Assembly (NCBI RefSeq): GCF_009914755.1
Contig: NC_060932.1
Origin: the human T2T-CHM13v2.0 reference genome, Homo sapiens
Length of the DNA stretch: 64,000 nt
Reading direction: 5' to 3' (one strand)
Position numbers and translations under genes: made by a program. Position 1 is the first letter of the stretch; each line of letters begins with the position of its first letter. Positions 1 to 11,599 of the stretch are shown here, piece by piece. A model generated the notes under the pieces. It was not told the DNA's origin. It worked only from the letters and a program-made list of their open reading frames with translations, and did not search any database.

Positions 1-760
1 CACTAATCGATTTTCTGTCTCTATAAATTTGCCTTTGACATCTGCATAGTGTTCAACTGTACAGATGAATAATAATTTATTCAACCAGTCCTCTCTTGGC
101 AGACATTAATTTCTTATATTTTGCTACTACAAATAATAACAGAGTGAATAACTTTAAATCATTTCATTTCATGTGAACAAATTATTTCATATTTTTACCA
201 TATTATACCTAAATGTATGTTAAGGTAGATTCTTAGAAATGAAATTGCTAAGTAAAGGATAAATGTATATGTAATTTTGCTACCTGTTACCGAATTCCTC
301 TCCATAGAAGTTGTTTTATTTGCATTCTCAATAACAATATATAACAGAGTGTCTGTTTCCTCACAGTCTTATCAATTGAGAAGGCAGTGAACTTTGAATT
401 TTGTCAGTCTGCAATGTAAGAAGCATATCCTGGAGAATTTTAGTTTGCATTGCTGTTATATTAAGTATATTTGAGTACATTTTTGTGTGTTTAAGAGTCA
501 TTTTCATGTCTTCTGTGAAATATTTGCTCATATATTTTGCCCATTTTGCTGTAGGATTGTCGATCTCTTTTTCCATCTTGGGAATTTTTAAATATTAGAT
601 TTTTTTTGGTAAAAAATGCATACATGTATTTCCCTTGTGCTGTTTTCCTTTTGTTTTTGCCATGCATAGAATTTTTAACATATCATATTATATATTGATA
701 TTTTCTCCATGACTTCTGAATTTTGAGACAGTTTTTTTTCTACTTAAAGATTATAAAGCT
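1..760 (-). mobile_element. Ancient L1M (L1MC/ME-type) 3' region fragment, antisense
   Basis: AT-rich with degenerate antisense L1 3' phrases (gaaattgctaagtaaagg; tttatttgcattctcaataacaatat; tttgcccattttgctgtaggattgt). Recognised by eye; boundaries approximate. Confidence 0.55.
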
Positions 761-873
761 ATTCATCCATGTTTCCTTCTTGTTCTTTAATGCCACAACA
801 ATACCTGATGTTAGCAGGACTTAGTGCTTCATTTAGTAAGAAACTGTCTTTCGTGCTAAGAAATACATATTTC

Positions 874-1192
874 TTTCTTTTTTCTTTTCCTTTTTTTTTT
901 TTTTTTGAGACAGGGTCTTGCTCTGCTGTCATCCAGGCTGGAGAGCGATGGCATGATCACAGCTCACTGCGGCCTTGACCACCTCGGGCTCAGGTGATTG
1001 TCCCACAGCAGCCTCCTGAGCAGCTGGGACTACAGGCACAAATCATTACTCCCAGCTAACATTTCTGTATTTTCAGTAGAAACAGGGTTTCGCCATATTG
1101 GCCAGGCTGGTCTTGAACTCCTGGCATCAAGCAATCCACCCACCTTGGCCTCCCAAAGTGCAGGGATTACAGGCATGAGCACCATGCACTGC
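874..1192 (-). mobile_element. AluJ-type SINE
   Basis: Poly-T, then gagacagggtcttgctctg ... ctcccaaagtgcagggattacaggcatgagc. Old-type diagnostics (cacagctcactgc). Candidate TSD catatttc at 866-873 and 1193-1200. Confidence 0.9.
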
Positions 1193-1220
1193 CATATTTC
1201 ATATTTTAAAAGAACCAATT

Positions 1221-1634
1221 TGATACGGTTTGGATCTGTGTCCCTGCCCAAATCTCATGTGACAGTGTAATCCCCAATGTTGGAGGTGGGGCCTGGTGGG
1301 AGGTGATTGGATCATGGGGGTAGATCTTTCCTGAATGGTTTAACACCACCCCCTCGGTGCTGTTCTTATGATAGTGAGTTCTCATGAGATTTGTTTAAAA
1401 GTGTGTAACACCTTCCTCCTCCCTCTCTCTCTCTTACGCCTACTCCTGCCATGTAAGTAGTGCCTGCTCCCTCTCCTGCTTCCTCCATGATGTATTTCCT
1501 GAAGCCTCCCCAGGAGCCAAGCCAGCTTCATGCTTCCTGTACAGCCTACAGAACAGTGAGCCAATAAAACCTATTTTATTTATAAATTATCCAGTCTCAG
1601 GTATTTATAGCAATGCAAGAATGGACTGATAAAC
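1221..1634 (+). mobile_element. MSTA-like MaLR solo LTR
   Basis: Starts tgatacggtttggatctgtgtccctgcccaaatctcatg...ccccaatgttggaggtggggcctggtgggaggtgattggatcatgggg. Ends ataaattatccagtctcaggtatttatagcaatgcaagaatggactgata, the typical MST terminus. Confidence 0.85.
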
Positions 1635-2584
1635 TATTAATTCTTATTTTATTGAATTTTTTAAAATGAGAAATAGGTGTTTAATATTGTCTAATGTATT
1701 TACCATATTCATGGAGATGATTATATTAACCATCTTTATATTTTTCAGTGAACTACACTTGGATATTATGTACTTTTTTAATATGCTGATAGATTCTATT
1801 TATTATTGCTTTTGAGATTTTTTGATCAACATTAGTAAGTATGATATATTGGTTTATTTTTTTACAATCATTATCAGAGGTTGATATGAATATCATGTTT
1901 ATAGAACTAGAAATCTGGAAGTTTCCCTTCTTTTTCTATCTGGAGCACTTTAAGAAAAGTTGGTATCTAAACTTTAAAAGCTTGGTAGAATTCCCTATGA
2001 AATCATCTAGTAGTCCCTGTCTTTTCATTGAGGAAAACCCTCAAGATTCTGTTTTGTCTGCAATAACTGATTTGTTTAGACTTCCTTTACCACTGGGGTT
2101 AGGTTGGGTCATTATATGTTCCTAAACAGTTTTAATTTTATCTAAGTTTTTAGTATTATTATATAGTTGCACAATAGTGATTTTTAAAAGTTTTTCTCTG
2201 TTTCATTGGATAATTTCTCCTTTATTATGCTTATTTAATTGGTGCCTTTCCTTTACTAAATTTAGTTGTCTAGGTTTTATTTTTTCAAATAATCAATTTA
2301 TTCATTTCTCTGATTCTCTTTCTATTGTTTTTCTCTTTTCTAATTTACTTCTAATTTTATCTTTGTTAATTTTTCCTTTTGTCTTTTGGTTTACTTTGTT
2401 GAGCACTTTTAGCTTTGGGGTTAAAATTTTAATTTATTTATTTTATCATCTTTGATATAGTTATTAAAGGATATAAATTTTCCTCAGAAAATTTACTACT
2501 TTAACAGTTTTCCATAGATTTACTTTATGTGTTTGCTATTACTTCCTATAAATTTTGCAGCTTTGTTTTATGTTTCCTCTTTGA

Positions 2585-2918
<334 letters not shown>

Positions 2919-3480
2919 GAAAACTTAAAATTTTTACAGGGTTGTTATCTTCTAAAAAATTTGTATTTTCTTACAGATTTCTAGTTTTATTAAATTTTGA
3001 TTGGAAAATCTTACTTGAATTATTTTACTTTCTGGAATTTGTTGAGGCTTTACTTGTGGTCTAGTCCAGTTAGTTTTTATAAATATACAAGTGCACTGAA
3101 CAAGGAATATTCTTTAATTTAGAGGAAAATAATATATTGCTATCCAGTTGCTTATTAATTTTTTGTTTGTGTTTTCTATATTTTTATCATTTTTTGTCCA
3201 CTTATTTACCTATTTCATAAAAAGATGTGGTAAAGTCTCCTGATATTAGAGTGTCTCTATTTTCCCTTCCATTTCCTGTAGTATCTCCTCTGTAACCGTT
3301 GCTATTGTGTCATTTGTTATGAATTGCAGACTTTAGCTTCAAGAAGTGTACTTCTTTGTCTTAGTTAATGTTTTCTGGCCTGAATTTTACATTTTCAGAT
3401 ATCAAAAGTGTAACTCCTGCTTCATTTTTATTTGCATTTACCTGTTGTATATTCACCCATCCTTTTAATTTTAACCTTTT

Positions 3481-3967
3481 ATTTGTTTCAAGTTTCAGTT
3501 ATGTATTAATCAGTGTAATCTCCAACACATTCATCAACATGATTTCATACATCTAGAGGAGAACTATTTCCTGGTTACGTAGAAAATTGTGCAGATGGCT
3601 TCTGGAAGACTTTCATTCTAAAGCAGCTTTATAGTGAAATATTTCATTTAAATATCTGGACCTTCTTTCTTCAGTTTGCTGTAATCTACATTCATTGAGT
3701 AAAATTTGTATTGATCATTGGGACCCCATTTGTTCCAGGGCTCTGGGTTCTTTCTGTCCCAGCTAACATCTGGATTGAATGATGCCAGATGCAAGACAAA
3801 TTGTGCTGCTCCAGTACCTCCAGCTCCAATAAATACAAAGAGGGGGATCAAGCTCAGATGCTTCTTGGCCTGACTGAGAATCTAGCGGAGCATGTTTGTG
3901 GCAGAGGCCTCTGACTCAAAAGGAAAGAAAAAGCCTAGCCACCAGGCCCTGCGCTAAATAGTATCTA
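3481..3967 (-). pseudogene. Processed pseudogene of NDUFA4/COXFA4 (complex IV subunit FA4)
   Basis: Intronless. ATG at 3893 reads [80 protein letters not shown] to 3648 (81 codons, CAG>TAG at codon 4). UTR-like flanks and a decayed A tail. Candidate TSD aattttaac(c/t)tttt at 3467-3480 and 3968-3981. Confidence 0.93.
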
Positions 3968-5996
3968 AATTTTAACTTTTTGAATTTGCTTATTTCAATT
4001 GTGTCTCTTGAATACAGCATAGTGTAGGGTTAGCTTTGTTGGTCAATATGAAAATTTATTTTAGTAATCAAGATAAGCTGTTACTTTTATGAATATTATT
4101 GATATGTTTGCTTTCAGTATTATCATATTGTTGTATGTTACATTTGCCACATACTATGTGGTCTCTTTTCCTTCCTATTTATTTTCCTTTAGTGTTTAGG
4201 AAAGTGTGTATATTTATTGAAGTCCTTACATTTATACCAACACCTCTATATAATATCTTTAGTCACCTCTATAGTAATTCACTGTCTTTTGGTTCTCTAA
4301 TATGGGGAGTACTAAAGTTAGCTAGTACTAGCTAAAAAGGCAGAGTCACAAGGGACAAAGTAAATAAAGGTACAAGGGAGAATCCTTTTTGAATGGGTTT
4401 GTGACTGTAGCAAGCCTCCTGAGGCAGCTCAGAGGAGACTGGTACAATTGTGAAGCATTGTACTGGCCTGAAGTTGCTTACACCATCACTACCTAGCCAA
4501 CAAGACAAGAAACAGTAAACAAGATCAGAATGGGAACTCTCTAAATAGGGTGGGGCCATTATCAGGGAAAGAGCATAGAAGAGAATAATATGCAAAAAAA
4601 GCTGATATCAAAAAGACACTTCAAAATCTTGCTTGGGTTTGGCTTCATTAGTTAGAGATTCTCACCAAAAATTCCTTAATTCCAGACCCAGAGCAAGCAT
4701 CCTATGATTCCATTTTTAATCTAAACTGCCAGCTTGCCAAATTTTAAACCTATTCAATTATTCTTGGAAATAGAAAATGAAGTTTGGATTAAATTCTATT
4801 GAGGCCACCGTTAGTATCAAAGAGGTCTTTTCCACAGAACATCCTGACAAGAAAGTTTTTGGTAACTAATGATGAGTTATAACAAATGTTGATAGTACAG
4901 GCCCAGAACTCAGCAAAGACTAAACATTTATAATGGTTTAATTTCCAATCACAATTTTTTCTTCTCCTCCTTATGCTTTCTCAGTACCCCCACCATGCCA
5001 TGTCCCTGTGAAAGTGCTTCATCAGGGTCAAATTGGCTAACTTGACATGCTGGTAGTGAAAAGATTAAAAACAGATGGCAAGAGGCAGAAGAAGGAAAAA
5101 GAATACTTCTTCATGTATTCATTCATCACTTACTAAGAATAAACGAATTGCAAGTTACTGATCTAGTGCTGTACTAGACTCTCTTTGAACAATGTGAATG
5201 AAGCAACTCAGGTTGCAAAGTGAGCGATCTAAGGCATAGTCCCTCATAGCACCCAACTGGAATATTGGAGAGATTGAAGTTTTAACCTGTGTAAATCGTT
5301 TACCATGGTGTCATTGTAGGACCTCACGGAATAATTGCTAGTATTTCTATCATTATGAACTTCTATTAGTATTGGACCAAGAGGAAGGAGTTTAGCACAC
5401 ATGTGTCTGTGAAGCAAAGCATGCCTCCTTTTGTCCTTCTCTGAGATGGGCTATTTATCAAAAATAACAACAACAAAGATATAATCAATTTACCTGTCTA
5501 GAATGCTGTGATAATTTACTAATTGATACTGTAAAGTTCTTTTAAAACATCAAGTAAAATACAAATTCTAAATATTGTGTAATAGCTTTCTTTGATTAGC
5601 ATCTTCCATACACAATAATGTAACCTAATTTATTTAAACAATACAAAGTTAAGTAATAGAAAGCAGAGGAATAAATAAATTAAGAGGCATAGTCCAAAGA
5701 GAAGGGCATATTTTCAGATGAGATTTGAAAAAAGATGGTGAGTCAATGAGGCAGAGAGACACTAGGAAGCTGTTCTACTTGAGAAAAGATATAGACAAGG
5801 TTTCTCCTTAGACAATCTGCTACATTCTCTTGGCACCTAATTAAAACATTAAATGCATCAGCATCTCAAATAACATGAATGTTAATGGCGATCACTGCTG
5901 AGACACAAAAGAGCACTTAATTACCCTTTGGGAGAGTAAATGCCATCATTACTGAGAATTGTTAAAGTCATATAAAAGTTGAAAAATGCAATAAGT

Positions 5997-6410
5997 TGTG
6001 GCTGCTAGCAATGAAGATCTGTGCTCCCCTCCTAGAGTCTAAGTTGCTGCAGGGACGCACCTGTCCAGCCAAGAACTACATTTTCCAGAAGCCTTGCATC
6101 CAAAAGGGGCCAGTGGCTAGTCTGGCTGATGAAATATAATGTGTGCTATTTCCAGACTCAGGTGGATAATTAGCAGTTATGCATTTACTATAATCATTTT
6201 CCTTCCCACAGTAACCCTGGAACAGACATGCTGAAGATAATAGCATAAAGAAAAAGAAGGATCCTGAATCCCAGAACCTCTACTTGAACAAAGAAACCCA
6301 TGAGAGCTGCCCAGCTAGCAACATCCACGTTGGACCAAGCATTAGTGATAAATAAAGTTTTATTTGCTAAACCACTGGTATTTCAGGGTTGTTCATTACC
6401 TACCATTCCT
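5997..6410 (+). mobile_element. MLT1-type (MaLR) LTR, old
   Basis: ccagccaagaactacattttccagaagccttgca...gggccagtggctagtctggc and terminal ataaagttttatttgctaaaccactggtatttcagggttgttcattac are typical MLT1I/J/K phrases. Confidence 0.65.
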
Positions 6411-6539
6411 AGTAATATATTTTTATTTTGGAAGTCAGATTTTTGAACTAAACATGCAGTTATGAGAATGAACAAGTATTATAGACTATGAAAAGAAAAG
6501 AATGAAGGGATGGGGGAAAAAGAAAAAGTTCTAGTTGGA

Positions 6540-7010
6540 AGAATAAATATGTAAAGTGGAGAAGTGAGAAAATATGATCAGGTGGTCAGGATGTCTGGAG
6601 TGAAGAGATAGACAATGGTCTATTTTTAAATATAGCAGAAAGGTCAGATAAGGTTCCTTTCAGTGCTTTGAATTTAGGAACCAGCATGTCATAATTTCCT
6701 TTAGTGAAAGCAATTTTCATTAAGTATTGGTAGAATAAGTCACACTGCAGTGGATTGAGGACTGAAAGGGAACTGAAGTAGAGAAATGAAATGTAAAATA
6801 CTTTTTCAAGAAACTTGGCATTAAAAGGGAAGAAAGATATAGGAGGGTAGCTAGAGGAAGCTGTAAGGATGAAGGACAGTCTTGTTTTGTTATATTTTAT
6901 TTTAAGATTGGGAGTGACTGGTGGATACTTAAATGCTAGTGGAAAAGCTACAGCAGAATGGGTATCATGTGAGATGCAGAAGAGTTCCCTGAGAAAATGA
7001 GAGAGGCTGG
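6540..7010. mobile_element. L2 LINE fragment
   Basis: ccttagtgaaagcaattttca...tgcagtggattgagga...ttttcaagaaacttggc...aaagggaagaaagatataggagggtagctagagg, characteristic of L2. Confidence 0.6.
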
Positions 7011-7419
7011 TACAAAGTATTTGTTGAGAGCCTTGCCTTAAAGGCAGAAAGGCACTTCTTCCCCTCAAACACAAGGCCAGAAAAGGTGGGGCTGTGAACT
7101 GTGGGAGTCCTACTATGAGAATTGCAAAGAATTTGGAAAACATAGGAAAGAATTCTTCAATCAAAAAGGAAAAGAAATGGCAGTAATATTGAGATAATGT
7201 GCATACAATTAAATGAGTTAAAAATATATAAAAACAAGATAATGATAAAACTATAAGAATATAGATCTACAGATAGATTCATATAGAATACAGATGTGTG
7301 AAATGTAGTAAATAAAATACATAGGGTAAAATAGATAGCTTTTTCATAGATACTGGCAATATATTTGAGACTCATTGTGCAGATATTCTTAGTTAAGTGA
7401 AGAAGAAGAAAACTAATTA

Positions 7420-7615
7420 TTATCAAGGGAATACAACATGCCAGATAGTGGGCTGGTTTTACAAATTTTCTCCATCTATTCTAATCACAATTCCATGAGG
7501 TATCATTTCCATTTTTTTTAACTTGAGTAAACTGAAGTTCAGTTGACAGTTATTAAGTAAAAAAGATTCAAACTTACATCTGTCTGACTTAAAAACTCAT
7601 ATTCTCATTGTACTT
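7420..7615. mobile_element. MIR SINE
   Basis: cacaattccatgaggtatcatttccatttt...gagtaaactgaagttcag...gattcaaacttacatctgtctgact matches the MIR core. Confidence 0.6.
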
Positions 7616-8719
7616 CAAAATTACCATTGCCTTAGTCGATGAAAGAACATTCATTTTGGAGACAAACAAATCAGAATTTCTATATGATTCCCACATCTTA
7701 CTTCTTATATTGTCAACATTCTGGGAACAAGGTCTTGTTCACCTTTGTATCACTTATGCACAGCGCAGTGCTTAAATTATTGAAGCTGCCCAATAAGTGA
7801 ATGTAGCATTAAAATTAATTTCTTTATGACTATTTCAATATTCACAGCAGGATAAAATTAAAATATTACAAAGAAAGACAAATGAAAGATAAAAAAATTT
7901 AAAGTAAAACTTAATCAAGAAATAACTAAGATGGAAAAGTAATAGGCAGTATAGATTACTTAAAGTGTTATAATAATTGCAAGGGTAATTTGAGTGATTT
8001 AAACATGATGGTAACAATGGAATTTATGCCACTATGGGTGGACAAGAATAGCACATTCCTGCTCTCTACTAGACCCTAATATTTTTAAATTATTTTTGGG
8101 TGCACTCAAAAAGTCAAAACAATGTATTATTGTCAATTAATCACTATCCAATATTCCAAAAATACTTTTTCCTCAAAACCTATATTTAATTTTAAAATTT
8201 CATTTCCATGTTCATATTGCAAATGATTTTTACTTACATTGATTTTAACCCCTTTTCAGACTTCAGTTGGGAAGCTCAAAGAGCCTTCCTTTCAAAAATC
8301 AGATATTAACATAGAGAATTTTAACAACATAGAGTTAAGAGTTTGAAACTAAAATAAAGCATATTCTAACAAAAGTTCACAGTTTTAGGTATCAAAGGAA
8401 ATCATAATATGCATAATGCACAACAAGCAACATTTGCAAACTACATGTACAGTATGGGTACATCTGCTATAATATTTCATTTGAATACTATCTTTGTATT
8501 ATGCACTCAGCATGTCAAGTAGTACCATCTTTTTCACTACCCCCAAATAACAAAACATTTAAGATGCTTCACTTTAAATTTATAATCAACAAAGCTCCAA
8601 AGCCAAAACTTATAGGAAAAGGGAATGGTGTGAGCTGAAGTTAAAATATTAGATTTTATTCATTTATTCAAAAATTAATTTATTGCTTTGATAAAATGAT
8701 CACAAAGAAAATCACAAAG

Positions 8720-9415
8720 AAAAACATTTAGTGATTGCTAGTATGATGGCCATCTTAAAAACCGTATTTCACTTTTAAATACTACTGATAATAATATCTA
8801 AAGATAAGAAAATTATCATACACTTTCTTCTGCCTTTCATTTTATTTTGTGTTAATTAACTATTATTTGGGGGCTGTCACCATTTACCACATTTATTTTC
8901 TGTCCTATTGCAATAATTCCCACAGACAATTAATCTTCGCTTTATGTTGAAATGAAGTGGCACATACCTCAATTGCTTTTACCAGATTTTCTCCATTCCT
9001 GGTTTCTCTATTTTAACTCATTACATGGCTGGCTGAATGTCAGCATGAACTAGTTTTTCCAGGAAGGACTCAACAATGCTAATTTTGTTCATGTTTGGGA
9101 ATGATGGCCTCCTGCTTTCACACTTAATGGACAGTTTGGATGAGTGTAATATTCTTTGATCACATGGTCTCAGTATTAAGCTTATTTTACGGTATTGTCT
9201 TTGGGCATTGAACATTGCTATGAAGAAATCGAAAGCCAGCATGATTTTCCAACTTATAGATGACATCCCATTTCAACTTAAAAGCCTGACTCATTTTTTT
9301 ATCTGCAAAGTTTGATAACTTAAAAGGCGTGAATTGTGATTTCTTGCTCTACATTAACCGTCTCTGGAACATGGTGGGTTCTTTCACTCCACAGATTCAA
9401 TTTTGTGTTTATTTC
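8720..9415 (-). mobile_element. Ancient L1M ORF1/inter-ORF remnant (continues ~10093-10330), host of the young L1PA
   Basis: Minus-strand translation gives a degenerate L1 ORF1 C-terminus (QRILHSSKLSIKCE, compare RISYPAKLSFISEG at 14317-14946). Confidence 0.5.
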
Positions 9416-9432
9416 AAGAACTTGGGTTTTTA

Positions 9433-10075
9433 CTAGTTCAACCATTGTGGAAGTCAGTGTGGCGATTCCTCAGGGATCTAGAACTTGAAATACCATTTGA
9501 CCCAGCCATCCCATTACTGGGTATATACCCAAAGGACTATAAATCATGCTGCTATAAAAACACATGCACACGTATGTTTATTGTGGCACTATTCACAATA
9601 GCAAAGACTTGGAACCAACCCAAATGTCCAACAACGATAGACTGGATTAAGAAAATGTGGCACATATACACCATGGAATACTATGCAGCCATGAAAAATG
9701 ATGAGTTCATGTCCTTTGTAGGGACATGGATGAAATTGGAAATCATCATTCTCAGTAAACTATTGCAAGGACAAAAAACCAAACACCACATGTTCTCACT
9801 CATAGGTGGGAATTGAACAATGAGAACACATGGACACAGGAAGGGGGACATCACACTCTGGGTACTGTTGTGGGGTGGGGGGAGGGGGGAGGGATAGCAT
9901 TAGGAGATATACCTAATGCTAAATGATGAGTTAATGGGTGCAGCACACCAGCATGGCACATGTATACATACGTAACTAACCTGCACATTGTGCACATGTA
10001 CCCTAAAACTTAAAGTATAATAATAATAAAATTAAAAAAAAAGAAGATCTACCACTAACATGTTAAAAAAAAAAA
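9433..10075 (+). mobile_element. 5'-truncated young L1PA (about L1PA3): ORF2 C-terminus, 3' UTR and poly-A
   Basis: ORF2 end (...WIKKMWHIYTMEYYAAMKNDEFMSFVGTWMKLEIIILSKL...MFSLIGGN*), G-tract 3' UTR, gggatagcattaggagatatacctaatgctaaatga. 17-bp TSD aagaa(c/a)ttgggttttta at 9416-9432 and 10076-10092. Confidence 0.95.
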
Positions 10076-11599
10076 AAGAAATTGGGTTTTTAAAAAATGG
10101 GCATCTTTCAATTATTTCTCTGTTTTATTTGTTGCATTCTCAAATTCAGAAACACATTTATTTTTCATATTAGACCATATCTTTTCTCCTTGTATGAATT
10201 TTTCTGTGTAACATTTATGCCTTTTTCCTTTGAATTTAAATTTTTCTTTTAATCACTAATTTGATTTTCAGCCGTGTTTCCATTACTTGGTGCTTCTGAT
10301 GTTTTTAATTTTGCAGTGGTGTCATTTGGGACTTTAAGAAAGACATTCTGGGCATTCCAGCAAGAGAAGTCGGGATACAAGTAATGGACACAAAGCAGTT
10401 ACCACACACAAAAAAAATACTGTGATTTTTAAACAAAAATAATTTCTGCTTTTGAAACTATCCCTGCCTCAAATATCCTTTTTAAGTAAATTATGATTAG
10501 GTACCATGAACCCAGAAGTATTAAAAACAAAACAAAAAACCGCCACTCTCCCAAGCATCTAATCTGATGTACTCTTATTATGGTTTGAATGGTACTAATA
10601 AATACTTTAACTAATTACGTATTTAAATCTTGTGTGTCCTATATCCAGTGCTTTCCTTCCCAGCAGCCTAGACAAAAAGTATTCAAAATGAAGATTTTTA
10701 AATGCTGATATTACTGTCATGTTTCATATCACTTAAAGAAAAAATAACTTTTAAAAACTATTTTTTTCAATTTTGCAAACAGCTCACCTAGGATTATGAG
10801 GATATCTTGGAGTTTCTGAAAAGCTGATATTTATAGATAATTTTAAGATTATTTTCTTTTTCAAAGAAGCAGGTGGCCTAAAATAAACTGAAATTGGTGA
10901 GTTGGATCTTGAAGTAAAGAGCAACAAAAAGAATGATATTGAAAAAATCATATCACAATGGGAGTAAAAGATATTTAAGAGTCAAATATTGCTGTAAGGC
11001 ATAAAACAATATCACCTTAACCCACCTAGAGACTTAAAGAATCAAAATGGCTATTCTGTTTATGAAAGATAAAAACCTCACACAGACTTATTATTTCCAT
11101 ATTCCATATGATCATTTCTCTTGGTAAAGGACCCATAGCTTTTCACATCATAAGTCGTTTTGGTACCGAGTTTGTTCTTAGATTTGAGAGCTGGGTATTC
11201 GAATGTTTCCATGGGTTCCAAAGAGGGCCCGCTGGGCTGAGAAATGTCTTTTGTTAGCTTCTACAAAAACGTGTGTTTGAAAACTATTCTAAGTAAAACA
11301 TGTTCCATTCAAAATTATGTTAGCCCATAGGGGAAAAAATTGGAAATATGGAATGTTAAAAAAAATATTAAACACTGTTTAGGCTGGAGGTGGAAGTTTG
11401 AGGAGAGGTGAAATATTTGGGGGGAGTTTTCATAAAACACACGCTCCAATACCCATTCATTCAGAAGTTCTGATATACCCTATGGAGAAATAACAACCAT
11501 TAATAACACTACTCAAAATGATTCTGTTATTCCCCTCAGGTTGATAATATTAATTTTACAGGTAAGAAAACACTCTGCTTATTTTATAGTTTAAGAAAC

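Noticed and set aside
3648-3851. 67-aa TTG-start ORF as a functional COXFA4 paralogue
   Set aside because: The true ATG is followed by a stop at codon 4, and the TSD and decayed tail mark it as a retrocopy.
6586-7164. 192-aa minus-strand ORF
   Set aside because: Lies over an L2 remnant; composition is not that of a host protein.
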